A stretch of 64,000 nucleotides of DNA from Gracilinanus agilis (GCF_016433145.1 NC_058130.1:201611718-201675717); one strand, 5' to 3'; positions 1-15,835 are shown, numbered from the stretch's first letter. Made by a program: numbers and translations. The notes: a model not told the origin generated them from the sequence alone.

Positions 1-129
1 AAAAAAAAAAAAAAAAGTCCCTCATTGTGAGGTAAAACGGGGTCAGTCCTTAAACGATACATTTAAAAATCTTCTTTAAAAAGGAACTTTTTCTCTCCTC
101 ATCCCTATTATCAGGGACAGCCCCTTCCA

Positions 130-700
130 TGAGCTCCACTTCGCGCCCCCCCCCCCCGCCCCGCGTGGTGGTGGGCCACCCCTGGCAGGGAGGGCCAGGA
201 GTGGGTGTGTGAGTGAGGAGAGGCCCGGCTCTGCAGCCAGGCCCCAGCGTCCCTTCCTCCCCCCAGGAACAGTACTGTGGAGCCCCCGGAGGCGTACAAG
301 GTGTCTCTGGGCACCCACCATGAGATGCCTGGATCCATCAGAAACGTGAAGAACGTGTCCGAGATCCTGATTCACGAGGACTTTTCCCGACTCACGTTAT
401 TAGCAGACATAGCTCTGATGCGGCTCTCTGAGCCCGCCAACTTCAGCGACCTAGTGCAGCCTGTCTGCCTGCCCCAGGCCACTCACCACTTCCCCCACGG
501 AGCCTCCTGCTGGGCCACGGGCTGGGGAACCCCCACAGAAAAAAAAGGTATGGTGATCCGCTCTGCGGCTCCGCAGCTCTGCGCAGTCGCAGCTCCGCCC
601 GACTAAGAGCCGGTGTCGGAGCCAAATCTGAAGGCAGGACCTCCCGTCGCCGGGTGGAGCACTCCATCCACCCAGGGCGATTTAAAAAAAAAAAGCAAGC
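130..700. promoter_or_regulatory. Intragenic CpG-rich patch over a PRSS36 exon
   Basis: Many CpGs at 140-170 and 280-655 compared with the CpG-poor flanking introns. Confidence 0.5.
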
Positions 701-1846
701 AAGACAGGACAGGAGCATGAAGTGGGGGTAGTGTTGGAAGTGGGAGGGAATGAATAGATTAGTTATTTTAGCATTAGCATTTAGTGATTGATTAGAGTGA
801 TTGGTTGTGACAGATTGAATATTAAAGATGAAACTATCCCAGAGAAAGGAAAGGCTGAAGGGACCCGGGAGCTAGCTGTCCAGGAAGGTAAAACAGTTCC
901 TTTGGTTCCGTGGATAAGAGGCAGGGTGATCTTGAGTTGAAATCTAGCTGTGTGACCCTCCCTGGGAAAATCACTTAAAATGCCAATTCCCTAGCCTTTT
1001 CTTCACTTGATTTCAAGGACTGAAGGTAAAGGATGAAGGGGGGGGAATTATATATATATAATTATATATATATATATATATAATTATATATATCCAACTC
1101 TGAGGCAGGTGATACAGGCATTGTCCTCATTTTAGAAGTTAAGGGGGGAGGGGCACAGTGGGCTGAGATCCAGACCCAGAGATGGAGGTGTCCTGGGTTC
1201 CAATCTTACCTCAGGACACTTTATTTGTTGTGTGACTTTGGGTAAATCACTTAATCCCATTGCTTAGGGCTTAATGTTCTTCTGCCTTGGAATCAATACA
1301 CTGGTAAAGTTTAAAAAAAATGAATAAAATAAAATGCAAAGTGGGACATTTCAGTGGAAATGTCCTTTAAATGTTGGGAGCTACAGAGAAACTTGGGAGT
1401 GACTCTAAGATGGATTTGGGAATGATTTATCTAGAGAGGATAATGGAAATCCTAGGAGCAGAGACGTCCAAGGGAAAGAGAAGAGCAAGGACACTTCTTT
1501 TTCCTCTTTCCTCAGTCTTTTCCCCTCCAGACCAGCCTTTTCACCCACCCCATCCCCAAATCCCTCTGCCACCAATCCTATCCTCCCCATCCTGAGAATG
1601 ATTCCTTTCTCCACAGTAACTCTCAGACCCCCCAGGACCCTCCAGCAGGTAGAACTAAAGATTTTTGGAGAGAAGGCCTGCCAGTGTCTGTTTGACCACA
1701 GTCCAATTGAACACAACTTAACTTTGGACCTTGATTATGGGATGATGTGTGCAGGCTCCCTTGGAGGTGGGAAGGATACCTGCCAGGTGAGAGGGGAACA
1801 TCTCCATTCTATCCTGATCTGGCTTCCCCATGCTTCTTTAGCTACC

Positions 1847-1888
<42 letters not shown>

Positions 1889-4800
1889 ATCTTCCAGATA
1901 ACTGACTCTTACCTAACAAATTTAACATTGCTTTGCATGGTACACATATAACCCAGATTGAATTGTTTGTCAGATCTGGAAGGAGGGAGGGAGACCAATT
2001 GGAGCCTATAACTTTATTTAAAGATTTTTGTTTTGAATATTTTCCCCTAGTAACATATTCCATGTTCTTTCCCTCTCCCCTAAGCCCCCCTAACCTCCCT
2101 TAGCTGAGGCACAATTCCGCTGGGTTTTACATGTATCATTGTGGATCCTGTAACTTTAGGAAACTTAATGTGGAAATTTTATGTGTTATTGGTAAAAATT
2201 TTTAGTTAAAATGAAAACTTCATTAAAGTACTTGCTTCATTTTCCTCATCAGTAAGGTGGGGATAATACTTGTGTTGTGCTATTACCTACCTTTCAAGGT
2301 TGTTGAAATCTTAAGCCATAGGGAAATGGTGAAATATTGAGTTTTATTTGTCAAGAATGGGATAAAAACAACTCAGTAATGAAGTCTTTAGAGTCTTCTG
2401 GCAGCTGAAACAGTTGTCAGAAAGCCCAGGCACAAAAACAGCCACTTAAAGATAGAGCCTTTGACAGAGGCCACTTATTTACTCTTTAGAAGCAATCCTA
2501 ACAGACTTAGTTGTATGAAGGAACTCTTCCGCTTTCCTGTAACAATTTTTCTGGACATTGCTATGTGGAAATTTGTTTTTTGCTTGACTAAATGTTTATA
2601 GGAAGGATTTTATTTTTCCTTCTCATTGGAGGTGAGAGCGATATAAGGGAGGAAGGCTGATTTTAGTTTTTTAAAAAAGCAGAGGCCGATTTGGCCTCAG
2701 ACACTTGCTAGCTTTTTGACTCTGGGCAAGTCACTTAATCCTTATTGCCTAGCTCCTACCACTTTTCTGACTTTAATGAAATAGCAGCTAGGCATTTTTC
2801 TGTTACCTCCTCAGGAACCATTTTCGTTCTTTTCTTGTATTTTAACAGTAACCCTGTAAAGTAGGTAACACTTTTAGAAACATTAGATTTTGTTTTAGAT
2901 CACTGAGACCTAGAGAAATGAGGTGACTTATCCAAGGTCCTAGAGCAACACACCCAGGTCTTCTGACTTGGACCCCCCCAGTGTTCCATTCCATTTAAGT
3001 ACAATAGCTGTGACTTGTGGGGTCTGGTCTCCTCCAACTCAAAACCCAATTTCCACAGGGGGACTCTGGAGGCCCGCTGGTCTGTAAGGAAGGAGACCAA
3101 TGGTTCCTGGCTGGAATCACCAGCTTTGGCTTTGGTTGTGGGAGAAGAAATAAGCTGGGGGTTTTCACAGCTGTGACAAACTACGAATCCTGGATCCGGG
3201 AAAGGGTGACTGGACATAAGGTTGCCTTCCCCCCACAACTCGAACCTCTCCTACCTGATTTGCCAGAGTATTCTTTTGGGAACTGCACCCCTGCCTTGCC
3301 AGGTGAGGAATTTATTCAGGATGACCAGTAAAAAAAGGTGCTTTGATGTTCTAAGCTGGGAGATGGGAATGTTTTTTGAGTCTAATCCTCTCTTAACATG
3401 TCTCCTACACACTCAGAATGTGGAAGGGCCCAACAGCCTGGTCTTTGGCCTTGGAAGGCTATGGTGGTTAGCCCAAGATTCAAGCCCTGCCATGGAGTAT
3501 TGGTGTCAGAGAACTGGGTCCTTGTGCCGGCCAGCTGCTTTCAGGGGTGAGTGATGGCATAGGTGTCTTCCTGAAGGAGTGCCAGCAGACAGATCTTGAG
3601 TTCCTTATAGGCCACATGGAGGGATTGGATGTCTACAGTATGTTGGGGTAGAGAGCAGTAAAGTAAAAGTTCTGTATTGGATGAAGGAGAGGGGTGAAAG
3701 TTCTGTGTTGGAAGTAGAGTATTTTGGGGGAAGGCACTAACATGATGAATTAGAAACTTAATAAAAATGCTTTTCTCTCTGAACCCTTGACAGCCTGGAC
3801 CTAAACAAGATGGACTTCGAGGCAGTACTTCCACCCAAGGCCATGAGGGTACCTGTTACCCAAATTGTGTTACATGTAAACTCTACCAAGGATTATGATT
3901 ATGACCTGGCCTTGCTGGAGCTAGGAGTGCCTGTGAAGAAGAATGAAACCAGGCCTGTGTGCTTGCCCATGGAGGACCACTACTTTGTGCCTGGGAGCCA
4001 ATGCCACCTCGCCCAGTGGGGTCCGGGAGGTGAGTCCCCTCCACACTAACTTGTATGTGTATGTCAGGCAAGAAGCAGGGCAAACCATTCCCAGCAGCCT
4101 CAGCTTTTCCTCTCCTTCCTCTTTCCAGAGCCACCTCCTGTTGCTGATTCTTTGCTGGAGTCTGAGCTGATGTCCAACTGGTGGTGTCATTGCCTTCACA
4201 ACCAGAAGGGGGAGGTTGTGCCCAAGCCTAGAAAAAATCCCTTAATCCTGTGTCCGCAGTACCGCCTTGAGGAGGACACCGACCGTTGTTGGGTGATAAG
4301 AGAATTCTGATGGCTGGCTTAGGGGAGCAGGGGCTCACTTTGGGGGGATCTGGACCCATATTCCAGGGTTCCTGGGAGGGGAACAATGCTTGAGGGATAA
4401 GCTTAAGGAGTTGCCTCCAGATTCTAGGGGTCTTGGGAGAAGGAGGGGGGTCTTTGTGGAAGTCCAATGGTCCCAGAGGTAGACAGGCCATTGGCTTTGA
4501 CCTCCTGATACCTCTACTCACTTCATAGATGGGAAGCCGTTGGAGCCTCCTATGCCAAGAATCTGGGTACTGGTTTCTGGCAGCTGTTTCAGTGCCCCCA
4601 GAAAACTGTCTCCGACCTCAGATCTTCTCCCCACTACAACCTCATGAGTTCTGGATCAGGAATATTACCATTAACGCCAACATGGAGGAGCAACTGAATT
4701 GGAACTGGGAACCTGAAAAATCAAGATTAGGAGAGACAGAGCTAATTGAGAACTTGATCCGAAATACCTGTCCTTTTATTAGCACCCCTAGAGGTGAGGA

Positions 4801-7800
4801 CACTCATGGACCACTTCAAGTTCACAGGAAAACAGTTCAAGTTCCAGTTTTTGGAGTTATTACCTGGTGATGCAGTGAGGGAATTCACTGGTCCCGTGTG
4901 GTTGGGAAAGGGTGGAAATTCAATAAGTCCTTGTTGGGAATGGGTTGTATGATGAGGGGGACATTGTCAGGGGTTTCATGATTTCAGTGTTTTTTGGAGG
5001 AGAGATTAATTGGTCCCATGTCAGGGAAGTCTCAACGGTTTCATGAGAGAAGGGGGGACAGGATTCAGTATTTTGGGCTGGGGTGGAGAGGGTTCCAGGA
5101 ACAATCAATGGCTCCAGTGAGATGAGGGAAGAAGTTCAAATAGTTCCATGGAGATGGACATTGATTTCATGGGAAGAAATAGTAACCTTGCCAGGTGGCT
5201 CAGTGGCTAGAGAGAGCTAAGCCTGGAGACCTGGTCAGGCTGTGTTATCCTGGGCAAGACACTTAAACTCCATTGCCTAACCCTTACCATTCTTCTGCTT
5301 TAGAATGAATATTGATTCTAAGGCAGAAGGTAAGGGTTTAAACAAGAAAATAGTAACCTAGCAATTCCTCTGAAAGAATGAGTGGTTTCATAGGCATAAG
5401 GGGGTGGACTTAAACTTTTGGAAGGAGAAAGTTCAGCTTTCCACAGAAAGGGATTCAGTGGCTCCAAAGGGATGAGAGAGCTGGAATTTGATGTTTTCAC
5501 AAGTTTGTAAGGAGGGAAGGTGGTAGAACCATGACATGGGGAAGGGTTCCATGGAGGAACTCACTGTTTTTATGGGGGATTCCTGAAATGGAGGTTTCCA
5601 TGGTGTGTATGTGTGTGTGTGGGGGGCCTGGATTTAGTCATTGTTTGTCCAAAGAGGATTAGTTGTATGGTTGGAGTGGGGGATTTGAGTTTCATAGAGG
5701 ATTCCAAAGGTTTCATTTCATGATTGGGGAAAGACAGTGCCTTTATTAAGGGAAGGATTCAGGGTTTCCACTAGAGAGGGGAGGGAGGGAAGAAGGGAGA
5801 GGAGAGGGAGGGACTCTTATGGAGGACTTACTAGTGCTGGGTCTGGGGTAGGTGCTCAGATTCCCTGGGGAGTGGGAAACTCAATGGCTTCAGTGGTTCC
5901 ATGGCGGTCCTAGCCAATCTTCACTTCTCAATGGCTGACTGGAATCCTTTTTTCTCATTAGTTTGTGGCCTTAGACAAATGGATGTTGATTCATGGCCTT
6001 GGATGGCAGAAGTGCATGGAACCAGGGGTGGAATCTGCATGGGCATCCTGGTGAGCCCTCGTTGGATCCTAGCAGCTAGTCACTGTGTGACAAGGTAGGT
6101 TTTGCACTTGAGGGATTTTAAAGGAGGGATTTCATTTGTGTTTTTTTTGAGAGAAGGCAAGAGTTAGTAATTTTTTATTTTAAAAATTTATTGATTAATT
6201 TTAATATTTTCCATGGATTCATGATTTGTGTTCTTTCCCTCCCTATCTCCATCCCCCTTCCTGTAGCCAATGAGCATTGTCATTGATCAAGACTTATTTC
6301 TATATTAATATTTGCACTAGAACATTTAGGGTCTACATCCTCAGTCATATCCCCATTGACCCAAGTGATCAAGCAGTTGTTTTTTTCCTTGTGTTTCTGC
6401 TCCTACAGTTCTTTCTTTGAATGTGGATAGCATTCTTTTCTCATAAGTCCCTCAGAATTGCCCTGTCATTGCACTGCTGCTAGTAGAGAAGTCCATTACA
6501 TTCAATTGTACCACAGTGCATCCCTCTCTGTGTACAATGTTCTCCTGCATCCATTCCTGGAGATTTTTCCAGTTCACATGGAATTCCTCTAGTTTATATT
6601 CCATCACCAATAGACATTACAAATTATTTCATCCATTCCCCAATTGAAGGGCATCCCCTCCTTCTAATTTTTTTGCCACCACAAAGAGCCCAGCTATAAA
6701 TTTTTAAAAAATTTTTTGTACGAGTATTTTTCCTTTCCTTACAAGAGTATATCTCTTTGGGGTACAAACCCAGCAGTGGTATGGCTGGATCAAAGGGCAG
6801 TCTTTTAGCACCCTTTGTGCACAATTCCAAATTACTTTCCAGAATGGTTAGATTCACAACTCCATCAGCAATGCAATTAGTGTCCCAATTTTGCCACATC
6901 CTCTCCAACATTTATTACTTTTCTTTGCTGTCATATTAGCCAAACTGTTAGGTTCAGAGTTGTTTTAATTTGCATTCCATTAGATATTTAGAATGCTTAT
7001 TGGTGGTTTTGATTTCTTAAAAGTTGCTTATTCATGTCCCTTGCCCATCTATCAATTGGGGAATGGCTTTTTATAATTGATTTAGCTCCTTATATATTTG
7101 GGTAATTAGACCTTTGTCATGTTTTTGTTTTAAAAGATTGTTTTAAAAAATCTTTTTAAATAACTCTTGCTTGGTTTTGGAAAAATTGGAAATTTTTTTT
7201 TCCTTTCCCATAGATCTGACATGTAAGCTATGTTCACCTATGTTCACTTATTTTACTTATAGTTTCCTTCTTTATATTTAAATCCATTTACCCATTCTAA
7301 ATTTGTATTGGTGTAAGGTGTGAGATGTTGATCTAAACCTAATCTCTCCCACACTGCTTTCCAATTTTCCCAGCAGTTTTTGTCAAATAGTGGTTCTTGT
7401 CCCAAAAGCTGCAATCTTGGTTTATCAACACTATCTTGTTGAGGACATTTACCCCAAGTCTATTCCATTGTTCCTCCCTTTCTGTCTCTTAGCCAGTAAC
7501 ATTGTTTTGGTGACCACTGCTTTATAGTACAGTTTAAGATCCAGTACTGCTAGGCACCCATTTTTCGCTTTTTTTTCATTCTTTCCGTTGATATTCTTGA
7601 TCTTTTGTTCTTCTGAATGAACTTGGAATTTGGATAGGATTATTTTTTATTAGCTTGACCCACCCATGAGCAATTAATATTTTTTCCAATTACTTCAATC
7701 TAGTTTTAATTGTGTGGAAAATGTGTTGTAGATTTCTGTGTTTGTCTTGATAAATAGATTCCTAAATATTTATATTGACTAGGGTGATTTTAAATGGAAT

Positions 7801-9898
7801 TTCTCTAACTCTTGCTGCTGAGTTGTGTTGGAAATAGTTATGTGGGCTTATTTTGTATCCTGCAACTTTGCCAAAGTTGATTATTTCCACCTGTTTTTTA
7901 GTTGATTCTCTAGGATTCTTTAGGTAGACTATCATTATCTGCCTACTTTAATCCCTTCAATTCCATTTTCATTAGCAATTTCTAATACAATGCTAAATAA
8001 TAGAGGTGATAGTGGGCATCCTTGCTTCACTCCTGATCTTATTGGGAAGGCTTCTAATTTATCCCCATTGCAGATGATGCTTGCTGATAATGGTTTTAAA
8101 TATATACTGTTTATTATTTTTAGGAAGATTTAGTGATTTTATGCAGTGAAGAGGGTGACTTTAATGTTTCTTGGGGAAGGGGGCAGGGAATTGGTAATTC
8201 CATGTGAGGTGGGGATTCAAGGTTCCTACTGGAGATGGGGATAAGACTTGAGGGTTCTATTAGGAATACAATGGAGAAAACTAAGTGAATTCTTTGGGGA
8301 CATAATATTCAGTGGTTTTGGCTAAAGTGGAATTCAAGTGGACAAGAGGGTAGAGAGCAAGACTGAGAACAGTGAGATCTTTATTCTTGAGATAGAAGGA
8401 AGAGAAGATGCATCTGTAAAATACTTTGAAGCTAGAGAAAAAAAAAAGAGGAACCATTCAGGGCTTAGGAGATAAACCCCCAAGTGGGTAGTGGAAGTAG
8501 ATTCTACCCATGGGCAACAGAAGTTGCTCAAAGGGGAAAACTGGTATCATCCTAACAGGCAGGCCTATGCGGAATCTAGTCTTCGAGTTTACCTGGGCAG
8601 GGCAGGGTCCAAATCCACTGCCCAGGGCTTCCAGGTGTCAAGATTGGTCAGAAACATTCAACTACCCTCCATTGTGGGATCCGGAGCACCTCTAATCTTA
8701 CTGGAGCTAGACACCAGAGTAGAGCCTTCCCCCATTGCCCTGCCTGTCTGTCTTCATGCTAAACCTGCCCTACCTGGGACAAACTGCTTGGTGCTAGGCT
8801 GGAAAGACAACAGAGGTGAGCAAAGCCAAAAAGACTCTAGGGAATATAAAAGGGGATTTTAGGGGCCTAAGACCCTATTCTTGGGTCTTAGAGGAAATAT
8901 AAGACAAGAGGACAGAGGTGAGAAGAATGAGGTCATTACAGGAGGGATGGAGTTGGGTGACTAAAGGTCAAGAATAAAACCTTGATTCAAGATTATGGAA
9001 GAGGTTGCTTTGGAGAAAGACCCTGAGGTCCCCTGCCATTTCTGATAAAACTTAATGATTCTGCTTTCCAAAAGTCCCCTTGGCTGTTGAAGTCTACATC
9101 TTGCCCCCTGGACTTTGCCACTGCTTCTACCAGGGTGAGCTGCCCTATGGAACCATCTGTGTCAAGTATTCTGAAAAGACAGAGGACAGATTTCAGGTAT
9201 GAATGGGCAAGAAGAGAAGGGAGGAGACAGCTCTGGGATTACAGAGCCTTGCTGGGAAGAAAGCAAGGGGGAAGAGAAACTAGGATCAAGGAGGAATGAC
9301 AATGATCTTTGGGATTCAAATGAGGGGAGAAGGATCCTTTTCCCATGTTAAAGAGGGCAAATTCTAGCTGTCTGAGCCCCCAATTGCCAGAGAGATGAAG
9401 GAAGTGCTTGCTTTGGGACCCCTGGAAAGAGGGGTGAGGCAAGCAAAGTTTCCAAGTGCTGGCTCTGCCCACATCTAGGCCAGTGCTGGCCTAGAGCTTG
9501 TGAAACAGGACAAAAAGACCAAGTCCAGACCTAACCCTTTGTGACTTATTAATTTCAGATTTTGAGTCTTAAATATTTATTCCAAATTCTAGGTGGATTC
9601 AACACCAGCTCTCATGTGCCAAGAACAAGGCACCTGGGTTCTACTTGGCCTAGCCTTAAAGGGAAGCAGGAAGCTATTTGCCCCAGTGGGGCCCCTAGAG
9701 TCTTGGATCTCACACACTGTAGGGGAAGCATCCTTTTTGGAACAAGCATCCTTTTCCCACGGGTCTGACTTCACGCCACAGAGTGACTGGGACCGTTGTC
9801 CTCCAGGCCTGAGCCCTCCAACTCTGAGTGGGGCCTCAACACCTTCAAAAGCTGCTCTGTTACTGTTATTCCTTCTCTTTCTCCTACTTGGAGTCTGA
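267..9898 (+). CDS. PRSS36: Polyserase-2 (three tandem trypsin-like domains, hydrophobic GPI-type C-terminus); 5'-partial
   Basis: Exons with AG/GT boundaries: 267-547, 1617-1786, 3059-3302, 3417-3546, 3794-4029, 4129-4292, 4529-4793, 5962-6094, 8559-8815, 9075-9196, 9593-9898 (stop); the frame is preserved across all joins. Domain 1 has ADIAL, KDTCQ|GDSGGP; its His exon lies upstream of the window. Domain 2 has PASC in place of AAHC and no GDSGG. Domain 3 has ASHC but lacks the Asp and Ser motifs. This matches the known polyserase-2 pattern and the position next to PRSS8. Confidence 0.95.
1046..1093. repeat. Interrupted (AT)n microsatellite
   Basis: A/T-only run with AATT interruptions. Confidence 0.9.
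1147..1320 (+). mobile_element. CORE-SINE (marsupial SINE1/MAR-type)
   Basis: tRNA-like head (CTGGGTTCCAATC), core TGTGTGACTTTGGGTAAATCACTTAA, A-tail. Confidence 0.75.
1849..1884. repeat. (AC)n microsatellite
   Basis: Perfect CA run. Confidence 0.95.
1930..2225. mobile_element. L1 3'UTR fragments in both orientations
   Basis: Same motifs (ACCCAGATTGAATTG, TGGGTTTTACATGTATCATTG, ACTTATGTGGAAATT) as the other L1 3' ends in this window. Confidence 0.55.
5190..5345 (+). mobile_element. CORE-SINE
   Basis: GGTGGCTCAGTGG head; core TGGGCAAGACACTTAA; tail AAGGCAGAAGGTAAGGGTTTAAA. Confidence 0.75.
6170..8130 (-). mobile_element. L1 LINE (3'UTR plus degraded ORF2 3' part) in a PRSS36 intron
   Basis: T-rich plus strand; homologous to the L1 pieces at 22500-23500 and 38140-41800 (CCCCAATTGATAGATGG, AAACCCAGCAGTGGTATGGCTGGATCAAAGGG). 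Confidence 0.85.
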
Positions 9899-10173
9899 GG
9901 ACCAAGGAGAGAAGATGCAAATGTACCCATTTCTTTTTTCCCTCCCATTTTCATCTGTTAAGTCATAAGTGGCTACTCCTGCTGGAATGTGCCCAGACCA
10001 GTTCCAGGCTGGGAACCTCAAAAGCTCCCCCCCCCCAACCCCCCACCCCCCACATACACACACACCTCCCTCAAGGAGGATGATGGTGATGGTGACTAAC
10101 TGCCAACCCTGGGTGTCTAATTGGACTGCTAATTTGAGCCAAGGAATCCTGGGGGTGGAGTGAATACCTGGGC

Positions 10174-10179
10174 AATAAA
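10174..10179 (+). terminator. PRSS36 polyadenylation signal AATAAA
   Basis: First AATAAA, ~275 nt after the PRSS36 stop. Confidence 0.6.
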
Positions 10180-10904
10180 CACAAAGCCAACATTGCCAGC
10201 AGCTGCTTTCATGCCTGATGCCTTGGGAGTGGGGGAAGCACCCAAAGGCCAGAGAACAAAACTGGGGTTAAGAAAGAGGGAGAAACTTAGAACATGGCCT
10301 GGATAGTAGGTGGGAAAGGCACACCAGTTCAGCTTGGTTGAAGACCAGATAGAGGCCTCATGGGGCCATAGAACCCAAGACACAGGCCACAGAGTCTTTG
10401 GGAACTTTGGGGAAGGAGAGTGGAGAGACCACAAGATTGGGTGAGAAGATGGGGAGAAGCCACAGGGTTCAGTATCCCTAAGCCAGAAGAACAGGGAGTA
10501 TAGAACCCTGGGCTTTGAGGAAATAGGAAACTCAGTCTGAGACTGAGTTGAAGGTTCATTGAGACAAATGGAACTCAATTTTGGTTCTGGGAAACTTGGA
10601 AAAGGGGCCAGAGTAGGCTGGATCTGGAATTTGGTCATTTAGAAGGGATCCTCAGACTAGCTATTTCTGAGGCCCTGAGGGTGTTTGGGTCCAGAGCTGT
10701 CCTCACTGGAGGTTCCAGAAGTTTGAGTCAAGACACAGGGCTGGGAGAGAAATTTGTAACTGATAACGTGGCAGCTGCCACTCATTCCTACCTACCTGGA
10801 GAGGGTGTGCCCAAGGTCAGCTGGGTGTTTGTCACTGCTGTAAAGGAGTACCAGTCTCAATTCCCCTCCTCCCAGGTGTTCTATCTCCCTCCATCAAATA
10901 CATA

Positions 10905-11065
10905 CATTAGAGGCAGCTAGAAGGCTCAGTGGATGAGAGCCAAGCCTTGAAATCTGAGGCCCTAGATTCAAATCTGTCCTGTAACCTTGGGCAAGTCAGC
11001 CTCCATTGCCTAGCTTTTATTGCTCTTCTACCTTAAACTAGATACTTACTATTGATTATCTAAGA
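10905..11065 (+). mobile_element. CORE-SINE
   Basis: GGCAGCTAGAAGGCTCAGTGGATGAGAGCC head; core TTGGGCAAGTCA. Confidence 0.7.
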
Positions 11066-11959
11066 TAGAAGTGATTTCATTGATGCAGATAACTACCAGA
11101 GGGAAGAAATTCCCTTCAGTCCAGGCTTCTGTGTAACTTCTGGCTCAGGACTGTAATGACTTTGTCAGGTATAGTCTCCCTTCATGATATATATATAAAA
11201 TCACAGGTGTCTCCCATTCCCAGAGAAACACAACGTAAATACTAAGTGTTTTCACACAGCAACAAGTCTATACCAGCACACCTCTTCCCAATCTCCTTCA
11301 TGGGTCAAGACTTCTCAGGAATTCACCTACCTCCAGTCTTGGTCAGATCCAGTCCCCAGAGTTGGGGAAGAGTAGCTAGACTTAAAAAGGCCCAAGTCCT
11401 AGGACCCTGGGGGAAAGCTCTGGAAGATGGACACTGGTTGGATGGGACTTATTTGACTTCTCACAAATGCTAGGTAAGGAATTGAACTATCTAGTCAGAA
11501 CCAAAAAGGTCACATTCATATGTACATTCACATACATGGTATCATGTTTTTAAAGATCTTATTTGTCTACCTCCAACCTTTGAGCACCAGTCAGTCCTTG
11601 AATAAACCCAGACAATCCTGCAAATATATGGTACTTTTGAGGTACAAGTGATTTCCTCCTGGAGGTTTTGGTAATGCAAAGAATGTTATTCCCATATTAC
11701 CGCCTATTCAGACCTTGGTCCTGCACCCAAGGCTATACTGGTAAATGACTTCTACCATAAAATCAATCCTGGCTTTGTTCTCCCTGACCATTGGTCCACA
11801 TTCACTTTCCCAGATCCCTGAACCAAAGAAGATTTTGTCAGTAGATTTGTCAAAGGCAATGGTGGTCACAGAGAAGCCCAGGTATGCCAGAATCTGGCTT
11901 TGAATGTGGCCGTTGGGAAAGAGGCTGGAGGGTCTACAAAGACACTTGTTTATTAACAG

Positions 11960-12085
11960 TTTCCTCAACTCAAACACACTTAGCTGTGTGACCCTGGATA
12001 AGTCACTTAACCCCCATTGCCTAGCCCTTGCTGCTCTTCTGCTTTGGAACCAATACTTAGGAAGGTGCTGGTTTAAAAAACAAAC
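11960..12085 (+). mobile_element. CORE-SINE, 5'-truncated
   Basis: AGCTGTGTGACCCTGGATAAGTCACTTAACCCCCATTGCCTAGCCCTTG...TTTAAAAAA. Confidence 0.75.
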
Positions 12086-12269
12086 AATTTCCTCAGGCAC
12101 CAGGTCCCGGAGAAACGCTTAAAAATTACACAGATCCCCTCATGAGTCTCAGGGAAAAGGTTTAGAATTGGGAAGGTTGGAGTTATGGAGATTCCAGTTG
12201 AAAAGAAAACGCTAGATTCTGAGAAAGAAAATCAGGGGCACTGGGACTGACCCTAGCCCAACCCCCACT

Positions 12270-12571
12270 TCCTTCAGGTAGGGGAAAGGGGGCGGGGCTT
12301 AAGGGGGCAAGTCCCGGTTGGCCTAACCCGGGGAAGCGTAAAGGGGGAGGGGCTGACTGGCAGGTAGGGGCGGGGCAGGGCGGGAACAGGTGACACCGGT
12401 TACCAGCTCAGCCATTCCTGACCCCTCCCTGAAGTTCTCCTCATCCCCATTCCTACCCGTCGAGATAGCCTACTGCAAATTCTTTAACAACGGACAGTCT
12501 TCCTTGCCCCCTAGGACAGACCTGTCGGGGCAGGGGGAAGGCAGTCCCGGACTGGGGCCACGAGCTGGAGG
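12270..12571 (+). promoter_or_regulatory. PRSS8 proximal promoter/5'UTR with GC boxes and a G4-capable tract
   Basis: GGGGCGGGGC at ~12290-12298 and ~12367-12384; four G-runs at 12281-12307; lies directly upstream of the ATG at 12572. Confidence 0.6.
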
Positions 12572-14798
<2,227 letters not shown>

Positions 14799-15716
14799 AA
14801 CAGAGTTCAACTACTACAGACTACGACAGACAGCTTGGTTTTGCTGGAGGGCCTAGTGCCTTCTTCATCCTTTGCCTCCTGACCAGGTGACACTTTCCCG
14901 ATTCCCCCTAACCCTGGAAGACTGAGCCACTCCTTTCTCAGTGGGGCCTGAAGCTTGATTGTGGAATTGTGGATTCACCTTTTAAACTGTCTGTGGCCTC
15001 CAACACATTAACCTGTGTAACATGGCAATCACATAACCTCTCTGGGTCTTGGCTTCCTCCTCTGTAAAATGAGGGGTTGGATTAGATGCCCCCAAGGTTC
15101 TTGGAGGGCCTGAGGAGACTGCCTAATCTTTAAACCTGCTTCTTTCACACCAGGATGGCAATTGTCCTTGGCATGTGGTTGGGGGCCTTTGAGGTTGTTT
15201 GTGGCTCTATGTCGTCAGAGGTCTGTCAGCGGAGACTGTTCCCAAGAGTGGCTGAGCCAGTACTTTCTATCATTCCCAGGCTACTGCTAGAGAACTCTCC
15301 TCCTGTTCTTCTGGAGGACTTTGCCCTTTCACCCCAACCCTTACCAACCCCATAGGTTTGGTGAAGCCTGGGCATCTCCACAAAACCCAGTCTCAAAGCA
15401 TGGGTGCTTGTGTTCTATGAATGAGTACCCTCTCTCCAGTAAGGGGAAGCTGTGTGCCTATTCACATGCCTCTTCATGAAGGATCAACCTCCTCAACTGG
15501 CTGACCACCTCCATCCCCCATTACTGAAGGCCATAACAGGTCCTTTCTACACATGATCCTAGAATCAGCTGTTACTGGACTTCCTCCTCTCCTCTTCTGC
15601 ACCCTGGAGGACTGAGCCACCCCTGGGAAAAGGGCTGAGAGGTGAGGGGGTGTACACGTGTGCATGCACAGGTGCATGTACTGGGGGAGGGGGGGCAAAA
15701 TGGTCCTACTGAACAT

Positions 15717-15722
15717 AATAAA
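15717..15722 (+). terminator. PRSS8 polyadenylation signal AATAAA
   Basis: AATAAA ~920 nt after the PRSS8 stop, just short of the KAT8 3' end. Confidence 0.65.
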
Positions 15723-15835
15723 CCATTTGTATAAACAATAGGTGACCTGGAAAGTCTCATTTGCCCCCATAGCTCCCTTTTCTCCCTCCCCAAACAGCCA
15801 ATTTTGCAACTGTATTGTGACAAGCTAAAATCTCT

